DNA of 32,000 nt from Phycisphaera mikurensis NBRC 102666 (GCF_000284115.1 NC_017080.1:3480001-3512000); one strand, 5' to 3'; counted from the first letter of the stretch, positions 1 to 8,838 are shown. Notes: a model not told the origin generated them from the sequence alone. A program made the numbers and translations.

Positions 1-986
1 GGATCCCAGTCGACGTAGAGCGGCTTGATCTTCGTCCGCAGGAAGTGGTCCGGGCAGGAGGTGCCCAGCTCGGCGAGGCGGGCGGCGTCGTGCGAGTTGA
101 CGAACTGCAGCACGCTCTCGCGATCGTCGACCGTGCCGATGAAGCGCTGCTGCTGCGAGACGCGGCCGCGGAGCCAGGGAAGGACTTGCACGAGCAGTGC
201 CTCACGCTCGTCGAGTCCCGGGGTGCGGTACTTCGCACCGCCGAAGGTCTGCTCGTGCTTGTCGTGGTCGGCGATGTAGCGAGCGGCGGTGTCGATCAGG
301 TCCAGCGAGAGGTCGTAGCAGGCTCTCGCGTCGTCGTGCCAGTTGATGAGCCCGTGAGCCGCCATCAGCAGGCCTTCCAGCCGCGGGTTCTTCTTCTGCT
401 CCTCGTGCATGAGCAGGCCCAGCTCGAAGCCGGGCCGCATCCACGGCACCCAGCCCAGCCGCCCGCCCCAGATTGTCTGCGTCAGCTCCTGGTTGTTCTT
501 CGAGGCCGCCACCGCGATCACCGCGTTGGGGTGCATGTGGTCGACGTGCCGGGCGGGCAGAAAGGCGTGCAGCGGCGTGTCGATGCTCGACGCCCGCGGA
601 TTCAAGTCGAAGGTGCAGTGCCTGTAGTTGGCGACCTGCTCGTCCTCGGCCGGCGTCTTGAGGCCGGTGTCCGAGCGGGCTTCGTAGGACGCCTTCAGCT
701 GCTCCAGGCTCGCCATCGAGAGCGAGGCGAAGTTCTCTCTCTTCGACGTCCGCAGGTCGCCGCCTGAGCCCTTCACCCAGAGCACGTCGACCTCTTCGCC
801 GGTGAGCGGGTCCTTCTGCTTGACCTTCGAGGAGGTGTTGCCGCCGCCGGTGTTGGTGATCCGCTGGTCGGCGCCGAGGATGTTGGAGCGGTAGACGAGG
901 GCGTCGACCGGATCGGAAGGCGCCTCGGCGTCGTTCCAGAGGTACGCGACGTGGGGGCTGTTCTTCAGTGCGGCGGGATCGGGCAT
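1..986 (-). CDS. Bifunctional rhamnulose-1-phosphate aldolase / short-chain (lactaldehyde) dehydrogenase, N-terminal part, truncated by the left window edge
   Basis: Reverse-strand translation from the ATG at 986: MPDPAALKNSPHVAYLWNDAEAPSDPVDALVYRSNILGADQRITNTGGGNTSSK...VDVLWVKGSGGDL. This is typical of the class II aldolase domain of RhaD/RhaE fusion proteins. Isomerase RhaI and a DeoR regulator lie adjacent. Confidence 0.85.
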   Translation of the reverse strand, partial: MPDPAALKNSPHVAYLWNDAEAPSDPVDALVYRSNILGADQRITNTGGGNTSSKVKQKDPLTGEEVDVLWVKGSGGDLRTSKRENFASLSMASLEQLKASYEARSDTGLKTPAEDEQVANYRHCTFDLNPRASSIDTPLHAFLPARHVDHMHPNAVIAVAASKNNQELTQTIWGGRLGWVPWMRPGFELGLLMHEEQKKNPRLEGLLMAAHGLINWHDDARACYDLSLDLIDTAARYIADHDKHEQTFGGAKYRTPGLDEREALLVQVLPWLRGRVSQQQRFIGTVDDRESVLQFVNSHDAARLAELGTSCPDHFLRTKIKPLYVDWD

Positions 987-1126
987 GGGGGGTGCTCGGA
1001 GGAGACGAAGCGGGTGCTTGGGGCAAAAGCAACATAACCGGAAATCCTGGCGGGGTCAAAACCAACCAAACGGACATTCTCAGCTTGAAGTCGGGTCGAA
1101 TCGGCGGTACGCTCGGTGTGGCTCCG

Positions 1127-1951
1127 ATGATTGCCCCGCACCGCCACCGATCCATCCTCGTCCGCATCCAAGCCGGCGGCGTCGCCCGCGTGAGCGAACT
1201 CGCGCGGGAACTCGACGTCACCGAGGAGACGATCCGCCGGGACCTCAAAGCGCTCGCCGACCGCGGCGAGGTCGAGCGGGTGCACGGCGGCGCGGTCGCT
1301 CCGCCGGCCGAGCCCGAGCGGGAGCTGCCCTTCGCGCAGCGTCACGCCGCCCACGCCGCGGCCAAGCGGGCGATCGCCGCGGCGGCGGCGAGCGCCGTGG
1401 AGCCCGGCCAGGCGATCGCGCTGGATCCCTCGACCACCGCCTGTCAGCTCGCGCTGCTGCTCCCCGACGCGCCGCTGACGGTCGTCACCAACTCCCTGGT
1501 CGTCTGCTCGCTGCTCGCCGAGAAGCCAGCCATCGAGGTGATCTGCACCGGCGGCACGCTCGATCCCGAGGCGATGGCCTTCTTCGGCCTCGCCACAGCC
1601 GAGGCGCTGGAGAAGCTCCGCGTGGACCGGCTGTTCTTCTCCTGCCGTGGGGTCGATCTGGGTTTCGGCGACGGGGCGGGGCGCGGCCTCTCCGAGACCA
1701 ACGACCGTCACGCCGCCCTGAAGCTCGCGATGCTCCGGTCGGCCCAAGCCGCGACGCTGCTGGTCGACACGAGCAAGCTTGGCCACGCCTCCACCGTCCT
1801 CTACGCGCCCGTCGACGCCGCCGACCGCGTGATCGTCGAACGCTCCGCCGATCCCGAGCGTGCTGCCGCGGTCGCGCGCTTGCGCTCCTCCGGCGTGGAG
1901 GTGGAGGAAGCCCAAGCCTCCGCACCGCCCCGCGGCGTCGCCGCCGCCTGA
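1127..1951 (+). CDS. DeoR/GlpR family transcriptional regulator (putative rhamnose regulon repressor)
   Basis: N-terminal HTH 'MIAPHRHRSILVRIQAGGVARVSELARELDVTEETIRRDLKALADRGEVERVHGGAV', then a DeoR C-terminal sensor domain ('ALDPSTTACQLALLL', 'TGGTLDPEAMAFFG'). Divergent from the aldolase/dehydrogenase gene. Confidence 0.9.
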   Translation: MIAPHRHRSILVRIQAGGVARVSELARELDVTEETIRRDLKALADRGEVERVHGGAVAPPAEPERELPFAQRHAAHAAAKRAIAAAAASAVEPGQAIALDPSTTACQLALLLPDAPLTVVTNSLVVCSLLAEKPAIEVICTGGTLDPEAMAFFGLATAEALEKLRVDRLFFSCRGVDLGFGDGAGRGLSETNDRHAALKLAMLRSAQAATLLVDTSKLGHASTVLYAPVDAADRVIVERSADPERAAAVARLRSSGVEVEEAQASAPPRGVAAA

Positions 1952-1970
1952 ACCCCCTTCCTCAACGCAC

Positions 1971-3200
1971 ATGCCCTCCACCCCCGCCCACGACCGCGCC
2001 CTCTCCGCCCTGGACCGCTTCCGCGTCGAGCTGCCCAGCTGGGGCTTCGCCGACACCGGCACCCGCTTCGGCAAGTTCTTCCAGGACGCCGCCGCCAGCA
2101 ATCTGGAGGAGAAGCTCCACGACGCCGGCCACGTCCACCAGCTGACCGCCGCCTGCCCCACCGTCGCGGTCCACGTCCTCTGGGACTTCGACGACGCCAG
2201 CGACACGTCGTCGGCGGAGAAAACCAAGAAGATGGCCGCCGATCACGGCGTCTCCATCGGCAGCGTGAACCCGAACCTGTTCCAGGACCAGGAGTACCGC
2301 CACGGCTCGCTCTGCTCGCCCGACGCATCGGCCCGCGAGCGGGCGATGACGCACTGCCGGGAGAGCATCGCGCTGGGCGCCGCCGTGGGCTCGAAGAGCC
2401 TGGCGATGTGGATGGCCGACGGCACCAACTACCCCGGCCAGGACAGCATCCGCCGCCGCTTCGGGGCGTTGAAGGAGGCGTACGTCCAGCTGGCGTCGCA
2501 CATGCGCGACGCGTGGCCCGGGGCCACCTTCCTCGCCGAGTACAAGCCCTTCGAGCCGGCTTTCTACCAGACCGACATCCCCGATTGGGGGGCGTCGCTG
2601 CTGCTGTGCCAGGCCGCCGGCGACAACGCGAAGGTGCTCGTCGACACCGGGCACCACCTGCCCGGCTGCAACATCGAGCAGATCGTGGCGCTCCTGCTCG
2701 CGGAGGGCCGCCTCGGCGGCTTCCACTTCAACGACCGCAAGTACGCCGATGACGACCTGACGCTCGGCTCCATCGACCCGTACGCCGTCTTCCGGATCTT
2801 CCACGAGATCGCGAGCTTCGAGCACGACACCGGCCTCGCCCCCGGCGGCGCCGGAGTCGACTACATGATCGACCAGAGCCACAACCTCAAGCCCAAGCTC
2901 GAGGCCATGGTGCAGACGGTGTGCGAGGCTCAGAAGCAGTTCGCGAAGGCTCAGCTCGTGGATCGCGCCAAGCTTGCGGAGTTTCAGGGGGCGGGCGACC
3001 TCGTCGGCGCCGAAACGGTGCTGAAGGAGGCTTACGAGGCGGACGTCTCCGGGCTGCTGGCCGAGTGGCGGAGGGCCCACGGCGCGGCGGAGGACCCGCT
3101 GGCGACGCTGCGCTCCAGCGGCGTCATCGAGCAGCTGGGGAAGGAGCGAGCCGCGGCGCGCGAGGCGGCCGGCGGACAGCGCGGCGGCGGCTACGCGTGA
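1971..3200 (+). CDS. rhaI: L-rhamnose isomerase, RhaI (Pseudomonas/Bacillus-like TIM-barrel) type
   Basis: MPSTPAHDRALSALDRFRVELPSWGFADTGTRFGKF...HVLWDFDD...SVNPNLFQDQEYRHGSLCSPD...LAMWMADGTNYPGQDSIRRR...LVDTGHHLPGCNIEQIVALLL...GGFHFNDRKYADDDLTLGSIDPY is characteristic of this isomerase family. It lies next to RhaD/E and DeoR genes. Confidence 0.88.
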   Translation: MPSTPAHDRALSALDRFRVELPSWGFADTGTRFGKFFQDAAASNLEEKLHDAGHVHQLTAACPTVAVHVLWDFDDASDTSSAEKTKKMAADHGVSIGSVNPNLFQDQEYRHGSLCSPDASARERAMTHCRESIALGAAVGSKSLAMWMADGTNYPGQDSIRRRFGALKEAYVQLASHMRDAWPGATFLAEYKPFEPAFYQTDIPDWGASLLLCQAAGDNAKVLVDTGHHLPGCNIEQIVALLLAEGRLGGFHFNDRKYADDDLTLGSIDPYAVFRIFHEIASFEHDTGLAPGGAGVDYMIDQSHNLKPKLEAMVQTVCEAQKQFAKAQLVDRAKLAEFQGAGDLVGAETVLKEAYEADVSGLLAEWRRAHGAAEDPLATLRSSGVIEQLGKERAAAREAAGGQRGGGYA

Positions 3201-3290
3201 GGGTCGCGATCGCGGGCGCGGCGGCGTGGAGCCCGCCCGCGGACCCGCGTCCGGTTCGTCGATCCCGACGAGCGATCCGCGGCGGCGTGC

Positions 3291-4436
3291 TCAGGCCGGG
3301 TCGGGCAGATCGGCAAGGAAGCGGGCGAGCTCGGGGAGGGCCGGGCTGCGGGCCTCGCGGACGTAGAAGCCCGACGTGCCGGTGCCGCAGGCGAGGCAGC
3401 CGGCCGCGTCGAGGCCCGCGAGCAGGCCCAGCGTGAAGCCGGCGTTGAAGTTGTCGCCGGCACCGGTGGAGAGCCTCGGCTCCTGGATGTACGGCCCCCG
3501 GAAGTGGGCGGCGTCGAGCCCGCTCCCGCCGTGGATCGAGGCCGCCGCGCCCTCGCGGGGGTGCACGACCACGCCGTGCAGGCCCAGCTCCGCGCGAATC
3601 CTTTCCGCGGTGGCGATGAGACCGTCGGCGTCGGTCGCTCCCGCCGCCTCGCCGATGCCCAGCACGCCCATCGTCTGGCCGGCCTCGGAAAGATTCAGCC
3701 CGAGCACGACGCGGGCTTTGCTCTCGAAGGTCGACAGCAGCCGGCACACACCCGCCAGGTCATCGTCCTCACGCTTCGCCGGGTCGGCGAAGTCGACGAA
3801 GAGGTAGGGCCGCTCGGCCTCGCTCCTCTCGGGGATCATCTCCACGAGCATCCGGTAGACCGATTCGCACTTGGGCAGCATCGTCCAGTTGGTGAAGCCG
3901 AAGGCTCTGGACCGCACCACCAGCTCGCGGAGGTCGTCCTCGGGGATTGCTGCGCGGACCATGTCCGCGTCGAGATTCGCCACGTGGGCGTACTTCCCGA
4001 GCATCAGCTTGCCGTTGCCGAACTCCACCGCGTCGGTGAAGCCCGGGTCGCAAACCGGGAACGCCTCCACCCGGCGGGCAAACTCCGCGAAGATGCCGTG
4101 AACGTTGGGCCGGCCCAGGGCGCCGATGTAGGCCACCCGCAGCGTCGCCTCGAGCATGGCGTTGGCCATGATCGGGCCGTTGCCGCCGAGCTTCTCCTGG
4201 TTCACGACGAACTCGAAGTTCGCCGACTTCCCATCCGCCGCGAGGATGCGCTCGCCGAAGGCCCTGATCGTGGGCATCGGCGTGAAGCTGTCCACGTCGG
4301 ACCGCTTCTGGACCACGCGGATGATGCTGTCGACGAAGCCGTCGAAGCCGATCAGGACGGGGGTCTGGGGGGCCTTCGTCGCGAACGCGCGGAGGGCGGC
4401 GGCGGCGGCGGTGGCGGTCTGTTGGCGATCGGGCAT
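3291..4436 (-). CDS. PfkB/ribokinase-family carbohydrate kinase
   Basis: 382-codon frame starting MPDRQQTATAAAAALR. It contains 'LGGNGPIMANAMLEATLRVAYIGALG' and the PfkB-type C-terminal signature 'LSTGAGDNFNAGFTLGLLAGLD'. Confidence 0.85.
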   Translation of the reverse strand: MPDRQQTATAAAAALRAFATKAPQTPVLIGFDGFVDSIIRVVQKRSDVDSFTPMPTIRAFGERILAADGKSANFEFVVNQEKLGGNGPIMANAMLEATLRVAYIGALGRPNVHGIFAEFARRVEAFPVCDPGFTDAVEFGNGKLMLGKYAHVANLDADMVRAAIPEDDLRELVVRSRAFGFTNWTMLPKCESVYRMLVEMIPERSEAERPYLFVDFADPAKREDDDLAGVCRLLSTFESKARVVLGLNLSEAGQTMGVLGIGEAAGATDADGLIATAERIRAELGLHGVVVHPREGAAASIHGGSGLDAAHFRGPYIQEPRLSTGAGDNFNAGFTLGLLAGLDAAGCLACGTGTSGFYVREARSPALPELARFLADLPDPA

Positions 4437-4667
4437 TTCGATTCGATGTCCTTCACCGTGTCGGGAACCGACGAGCAAGAAACGAGGGGGTGAGTCCTAG
4501 GGAAGCACTCGGCCCCCGGAGTACTCGGAGCGTGGCATCACGCTTCCAATGATCGATCACGCCGCTGAAGGCAAAGGCGCCCGAGGACGGCAGCCCTTCC
4601 CCAGGACGTGCCCCCAAACCCCCCGGACCCCCGAGTCCCTCCGCGCTGCCCGAAGCGTCCGGCACAC

Positions 4668-5702
4668 TCAGCTGCTCTTCAACGAACGACCTTCGGCCTT
4701 CAGATCCCGACAAGCCTCCTTGACCCGCTCCGCCATGGAAGTCTCGCCCGCCTTCAGGTACACCCGCGGGTCGTACATCTTCTTGTTGCCGACCTCGCCG
4801 TCGATCTTCAGCACCCCGCTGTAGTTCTTGATGATGTGGTCGGCCACGCCGCGCGTGAAGGCGTATTGGCAGTCGGTGTCGACGTTCATCTTCACGACGC
4901 CGTAGCCGAGGGTCTCGTCGATCTCGTGCTTTTCCGAACCCGAGCCGCCGTGGAAGACCAGGTAGAAGCTGGCGTCGTCGCCGAACTTCTTCTTGATGGC
5001 GTCCTGGCCTTCCTTGAGCAGCCCGGGCTTCAACTTCACGGCCCCGGGCTTGTAAGCGCCGTGGACGTTGCCGAAGGTCGCGGCGAACATGTACGTGCCG
5101 TCCACGCCCTTCATCCGCTCGTAAACGCGGACCATGTCCTCGGGCGTCGTGTAGAGGTGCTCCTCGGGCGTGTCGTCGCTGCCGGCGGCGCCGTCCTCCT
5201 CGCCGCCGACGACGCCGGCCTCGATCTCGATGACCTGGCCAATCTTGGCCATCCGCTCGTAGATCGGCACGGACAGGTCCAGATTCTCCTCCAGCGGGAG
5301 GCCCGACGCGTCGAGCATGTGCGACTGGAACAGGGGGAGCTTGCCCTCGCTCACACGCCGCTCGGACTCCTCGATCAGCGGGATCAGGAAGTCGTCGACG
5401 TTGCCGGGCGGGCAGTGGTCGGTGTGCATCGCCACGTTGACGTCCAGCTTGGCGGCCACGCGGTGGACGTGCTCGGCGATGGAGATCGCCCCCGTGACCA
5501 TGTCGCCACAGACCTGCCCCGCCGCGAACTTGCCGCCGCCGGTGGAGACCTGGAGGATGCCGTCGCTGCCGAGCTCCTGGAACGCCTTGAGCGCCGCGTT
5601 GGCGGTGACCATCGAGGTCACGTTGATCGCGGGGTAGGCGAAGCCGTGCTCGAAGGCGTTCTCGAGCATCTGGACGTAGGTCTTCGGGTCGGCGATGGGC
5701 AA
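4668..5702 (-). CDS. fba: Class II fructose-bisphosphate aldolase
   Basis: (L/M)PIADPKTYVQMLENAFEHGFAYPAINVTSMVTANAALKAFQ...VAMHTDHCPP...FHGGSGSEKHEIDETLGYGVVKMNVDTDCQYAFTRGVADHI. This closely resembles class II FBA. The homologous start corresponds to a TTG codon at 5702; the track's 367-aa ORF extends further upstream. Confidence 0.88.
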   Translation of the reverse strand: MPIADPKTYVQMLENAFEHGFAYPAINVTSMVTANAALKAFQELGSDGILQVSTGGGKFAAGQVCGDMVTGAISIAEHVHRVAAKLDVNVAMHTDHCPPGNVDDFLIPLIEESERRVSEGKLPLFQSHMLDASGLPLEENLDLSVPIYERMAKIGQVIEIEAGVVGGEEDGAAGSDDTPEEHLYTTPEDMVRVYERMKGVDGTYMFAATFGNVHGAYKPGAVKLKPGLLKEGQDAIKKKFGDDASFYLVFHGGSGSEKHEIDETLGYGVVKMNVDTDCQYAFTRGVADHIIKNYSGVLKIDGEVGNKKMYDPRVYLKAGETSMAERVKEACRDLKAEGRSLKSS

Positions 5703-5892
5703 GGTGTTGGGATCTTTGGGTGGGAGGAAACGGGCTGGCGGGCGGCGACTATACAGGTGCCCACCCCGCATCGACGCACCGGCGGCCTGCGCCCGCCGCC
5801 GGTGGCCGCGGGCTGGAGGCTCCCCGGGATCGCGTCACCGCCGGGATGCTCGGACGCGACGCCGTTGGGACGACACGCGTTGAGGCGCCCGC

Positions 5893-6984
5893 TCAGCCGG
5901 CGGATGCCGCCGGAGCGGAACCCGATCGGCGATCCGCGTGTCGCGACGTCAGCGCCAGCACCCGACCCGCCACCGCCTCCGCGTTCAAGCCGATGCGCTC
6001 AAAGACTCCGCGGGTGTTCGCGTGCAGGCGCTGCTTGCCCTGGCGGATCCGCCGCGCTACCGCGTCCACCAGCCGGAGGTACACCCGCAGCGACAGCCCC
6101 GCCATCACCGTCCCCGCCGACGCCGCCCGCACCGCGTCGCCATCTGCAAGCGGCCGCTGCCCGCGGCGTCGCTGCGCCTCCGCCGACTCGTCCAGCGGCC
6201 GCAGCCACGCGCCGCACCTGCGCCGCTGCGGAAGCGGGCACCGCGGACCGACGGCCTCCCGACGTCCGGGCGGCCCGCGGTCTGCGGGTCCATCGGGCTC
6301 GTTCTCCGCCGCTCGCTCCGCCGCCGGCACGTCCCGTCGCAGGCGCCCCGCCAGCGACGTGTACCGCCCCTCCTCCGGCGTGTCGCAGGCCCCCGCCGCG
6401 AACGGGTTCAGGTCCACGTAGACCATGGTCGCCACCAGCTGCTCTTCGTCCTCGATGCGCTTGCACTTGTAGACGCCTTCCCAGAACGAGCCTCCCACGC
6501 CCTCGAGCTTGTTCCCCTCTTGGGCCACGTGCTGCTTGAGGTCCTTCATGAACTGCGGCAGGCTCACCAGCTTCTTCCGCGTCGCCTCCACCGCGTCCGC
6601 GTCCGCCGCCATCTCCGCGATCGCCTCCTCGGAAGTCTCCACCGCCTCCCTCGCCCGGTTCCGCTTGGGGTGGATCCGCAGCCACCGACGCACCACTTCC
6701 TCCGCCGACCACGCCTCGGCGCCTCTCGGATCCGTCCGGAGGATCAGGTGCACGTGGTTGTTCATCAGCGAGAACCCCAGCACCTCCACCGTCGTCGCCT
6801 CGGTCAACCGATCCAGCTGCGCCATCACCAGTTGCTTGCGGAGATCAGCGGGCTCTGCGGGCGGATCGGGTGTCTTGCCGCCGCGTCCCGGCACGAGAAG
6901 GTGCAGCGACCGCGAGCAGCGTGAAGTGACGTGGTAGATCGCCGGACGCGACTCCACGAGAACATGCGAGCGAATCTGACGCAT
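5893..6984 (-). CDS. REP-associated tyrosine transposase (RAYT) / IS200-like Y1 transposase-domain protein
   Basis: 'MRQIRSHVLVESRPAIYHVTSRC', 'EVLGFSLMNNHVHLILRTDP' (HuH motif), 'FMKDLKQHVAQEGNKLEGVGGSFWEGVYKCKRIEDEEQLVATMVYVDLNPFAAG'. Start taken at the ATG at 6984; an ORF start at 7041 is possible. Confidence 0.85.
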   Translation of the reverse strand: MRQIRSHVLVESRPAIYHVTSRCSRSLHLLVPGRGGKTPDPPAEPADLRKQLVMAQLDRLTEATTVEVLGFSLMNNHVHLILRTDPRGAEAWSAEEVVRRWLRIHPKRNRAREAVETSEEAIAEMAADADAVEATRKKLVSLPQFMKDLKQHVAQEGNKLEGVGGSFWEGVYKCKRIEDEEQLVATMVYVDLNPFAAGACDTPEEGRYTSLAGRLRRDVPAAERAAENEPDGPADRGPPGRREAVGPRCPLPQRRRCGAWLRPLDESAEAQRRRGQRPLADGDAVRAASAGTVMAGLSLRVYLRLVDAVARRIRQGKQRLHANTRGVFERIGLNAEAVAGRVLALTSRHADRRSGSAPAASAG

Positions 6985-7073
6985 CAAGAGCCTCCTCAGC
7001 ATCGAAACAAAACCATCAACGCCAGCACCGGCCAGCTCCACCCACCCACCTCGACACCCTAGCGTCTCTCGTT

Positions 7074-7197
7074 GTGGGTGTCACCCCATGCAAAAGCTTC
7101 CGCATCGAGATCTGTGGCAGTGTCCCTCTATCTCTTGCGACGGGTGTCTCACGATGGGGCTTTGCAGCGGGGGCTTTGCCGTGGGTGTCACCCCATG
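7074..7197. repeat. Two exact copies of GTGGGTGTCACCCCATG (7074-7090 and 7181-7197), each containing the palindrome GGGTGTCACCC
   Basis: Direct reading of the sequence. Both copies are on the same strand, 107 nt apart, just upstream of the RAYT start. The second copy also overlaps the inverted repeat CCCCAT-GT-ATGGGG (7191-7204). Confidence 0.75.
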
Positions 7198-7320
7198 TAT
7201 GGGGCATGCGGAGTGGCTGATCCGCGGAGGCCGGATGCAGCCGCCGGGCCTCGCCGAGGTTGACGCCTCGAGGGCGGACGGCCGCTTACACGCCGCCTCC
7301 CCCCGACGAGTGAGGCGGAG

Positions 7321-7538
7321 GTGCCGGAGGGCTTCGCCGCCGCGTGGGAGGGCTGCCCAGCCGCGAAGGACTTCTTCAAGTCGCTGGCCGAGTCGAGCCG
7401 TTACGCCATCACCTACGGGCTGACGACCGCGAGGAACCCGAAACCCGGCAGCGCCGCTTCGGGAAGTTCCTGGGCATGCTCCAGCGCCAGAAGAAGCCGG
7501 GCTTCGGGTTCAAGGAGAAGACGCGAAAGGGCCGCTGA
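7321..7538 (+). pseudogene. Frameshifted, N-terminally truncated remnant of a YdeI/OmpD-associated (OmdA-like) family gene
   Basis: Frame of 7321: 'VPEGFAAAWEGCPAAKDFFKSLAESSRYAITYGLTTARNP'. It continues only in the other frame as 'ETRQRRFGKFLGMLQRQKKPGFGFKEKTRKGR*'. Joined, these resemble the C-terminal end of this family (FF..L....RYAI.Y....A..PETR.RRI.KF..ML). Family call is from memory. Confidence 0.55.
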
Positions 7539-7584
7539 AGGCGCGAGGTTGGAGGCGCGGACGGATGCTCGCCACAATGTCGGC

Positions 7585-8835
7585 ATGAACCACGCCCACC
7601 GCTCCATCACCCTGCCCGGCGGCTTCCGCGCCGCGGGCGTCGCCTGCGGGATCAAGGAGTCGGGGAAGCCGGACCTCATGCTGCTGGTGAGCGACGTGCC
7701 TTGCACGGCGGCGGGCACGTTCACGCGAAACGCGATCGTGGGCGCGGCGGTGGTGGTCGGGCGGCGGAACCTCGTCGACCGCGGGGGCAAGGGCTTCCGC
7801 GCGGCCGTGTGCAACAGCGGCAACGCCAATGTGATGCGGATCGGTCCCGACGGGCTCGCCGACGCGGAAGCGATGTGCCGGGCGGCGGCGGAGGCGGCGG
7901 GCTGCGAGGCCTCGGCGGTGCTGCCGGCGTCGACGGGGATCATCGGGCGGAAGCTGCCGATGGAGAAGGTTCTCGCGGGCGTGGCCGACGCGGCGGGCCG
8001 CTTGGAAGCGGGAGCGGCCGCGGACCGGGCGGCGGCGGACGCGATCCTGACGACGGACCTCACCCCGAAGACGGCGGTCCGCGGGGTCACGCTCCCGGCA
8101 AGCGGGACGCGCGTCACCCTCGGCGGGATCGCCAAGGGCAGCGGGATGATCGCGCCGGCGATGAGCCCCCCCACCGCGACGATGCTGGCGTTTCTCACGA
8201 CCGACGCGGCGGTGGACCCCGGCGTCCTCCAGGCGCTGCTGACGCGGGCGACGGCGACGAGCTTCAATCGGATCAGCGTCGACTCGGACACGTCCACCAG
8301 CGACACCGCGTACCTGCTGGCGTCGGGGGCGGCGGGCAACCCGGTGATCGACGACGCGGGATCCGAGGACGCGCTCGCTCTCGCGGAGGCGCTCGGCGAG
8401 GTCTGCGGCGAGCTGGCGGAGGCCATCGTCCGCGACGGCGAGGGGATGACCAAGCTCCTCCGCGTGGCGGTCCGCGGGGCCGCGAGCGAGGAAGACGCCG
8501 ACCGCGTGGGCCGGGCGATCTGCGACTCGCCGCTGGTGAAGTGCGCGGTCCACGGGGGCGATCCCAACTGGGGGCGCTTCGTGATGGCCATCGGCAAGAG
8601 CGGGGCCGCCGTGGACGGGACGCGGCTGCGGGTGACGCTCGGCGGGCACGCGGTGTTCACCGACGGCGTCCCGATCGACATGAACGACGACGCGGAGGAG
8701 AAGCTGACGGCCGCGCTCCGCGGCGACGAAGTCCGCGTCGGCGTCGACCTGCGGGCCGGTGACGCGTCGGCCGACTGGCTCGGTTGCGACCTCTCCCGCG
8801 CGTACATCGCCATCAACGCGGACTACCGGACCTGA
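7585..8835 (+). CDS. argJ: Bifunctional glutamate N-acetyltransferase / amino-acid acetyltransferase (ornithine acetyltransferase)
   Basis: 416 aa from ATG 7585: 'MNHAHRSITLPGGFRAAGVACGIKESGKPDLMLLVSD...AAGTFTRNAIVGAAV...AVCNSGNAN', the cleavage-like region 'AILTTDLTPKTAVRGV', 'GIAKGSGMIAPAM.PPTATMLAFLTTDA' and 'WGRFVMAIGKSGA'. These are classic ArgJ motifs. Confidence 0.95.
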   Translation: MNHAHRSITLPGGFRAAGVACGIKESGKPDLMLLVSDVPCTAAGTFTRNAIVGAAVVVGRRNLVDRGGKGFRAAVCNSGNANVMRIGPDGLADAEAMCRAAAEAAGCEASAVLPASTGIIGRKLPMEKVLAGVADAAGRLEAGAAADRAAADAILTTDLTPKTAVRGVTLPASGTRVTLGGIAKGSGMIAPAMSPPTATMLAFLTTDAAVDPGVLQALLTRATATSFNRISVDSDTSTSDTAYLLASGAAGNPVIDDAGSEDALALAEALGEVCGELAEAIVRDGEGMTKLLRVAVRGAASEEDADRVGRAICDSPLVKCAVHGGDPNWGRFVMAIGKSGAAVDGTRLRVTLGGHAVFTDGVPIDMNDDAEEKLTAALRGDEVRVGVDLRAGDASADWLGCDLSRAYIAINADYRT

Positions 8836-8838
8836 CGC

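Noticed and set aside
202-1248. 348-aa minus-strand ORF
   Set aside because: Arg/Ala/Pro-rich shadow frame overlapping the true aldolase/dehydrogenase gene and the start of the DeoR gene.
1-4436. Bacterial microcompartment locus for fucose/rhamnose degradation, as seen in some planctomycetes
   Set aside because: No shell protein genes (BMC-H/BMC-P) or PduP-type aldehyde dehydrogenase are visible. The aldolase is of the RhaD/RhaE fusion type used in non-compartmentalised pathways.
4608-6539. 643-aa plus-strand ORF
   Set aside because: Antisense to the fructose-bisphosphate aldolase and RAYT genes; composition is compositional noise from GC-rich third positions.
7041-7320. CRISPR-like array suspicion because of repeated GTGGGTGTCACCCCATG
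   Set aside because: Only two exact copies separated by 90 nt of unique sequence, no regular spacing and no cas genes in the window.
7088-7423. 111-aa ORF and neighbouring short ORFs over the repeat region
   Set aside because: Cysteine/Arg-rich translations reading through the repeats and the degraded gene; no plausible family and several overlapping frames.
5893-7538. Complete insertion sequence or novel mobile defence island
   Set aside because: Only a single RAYT-like gene, short repeats and a gene remnant are present. No second transposase gene, terminal inverted repeats, toxin/antitoxin or defence genes could be identified.
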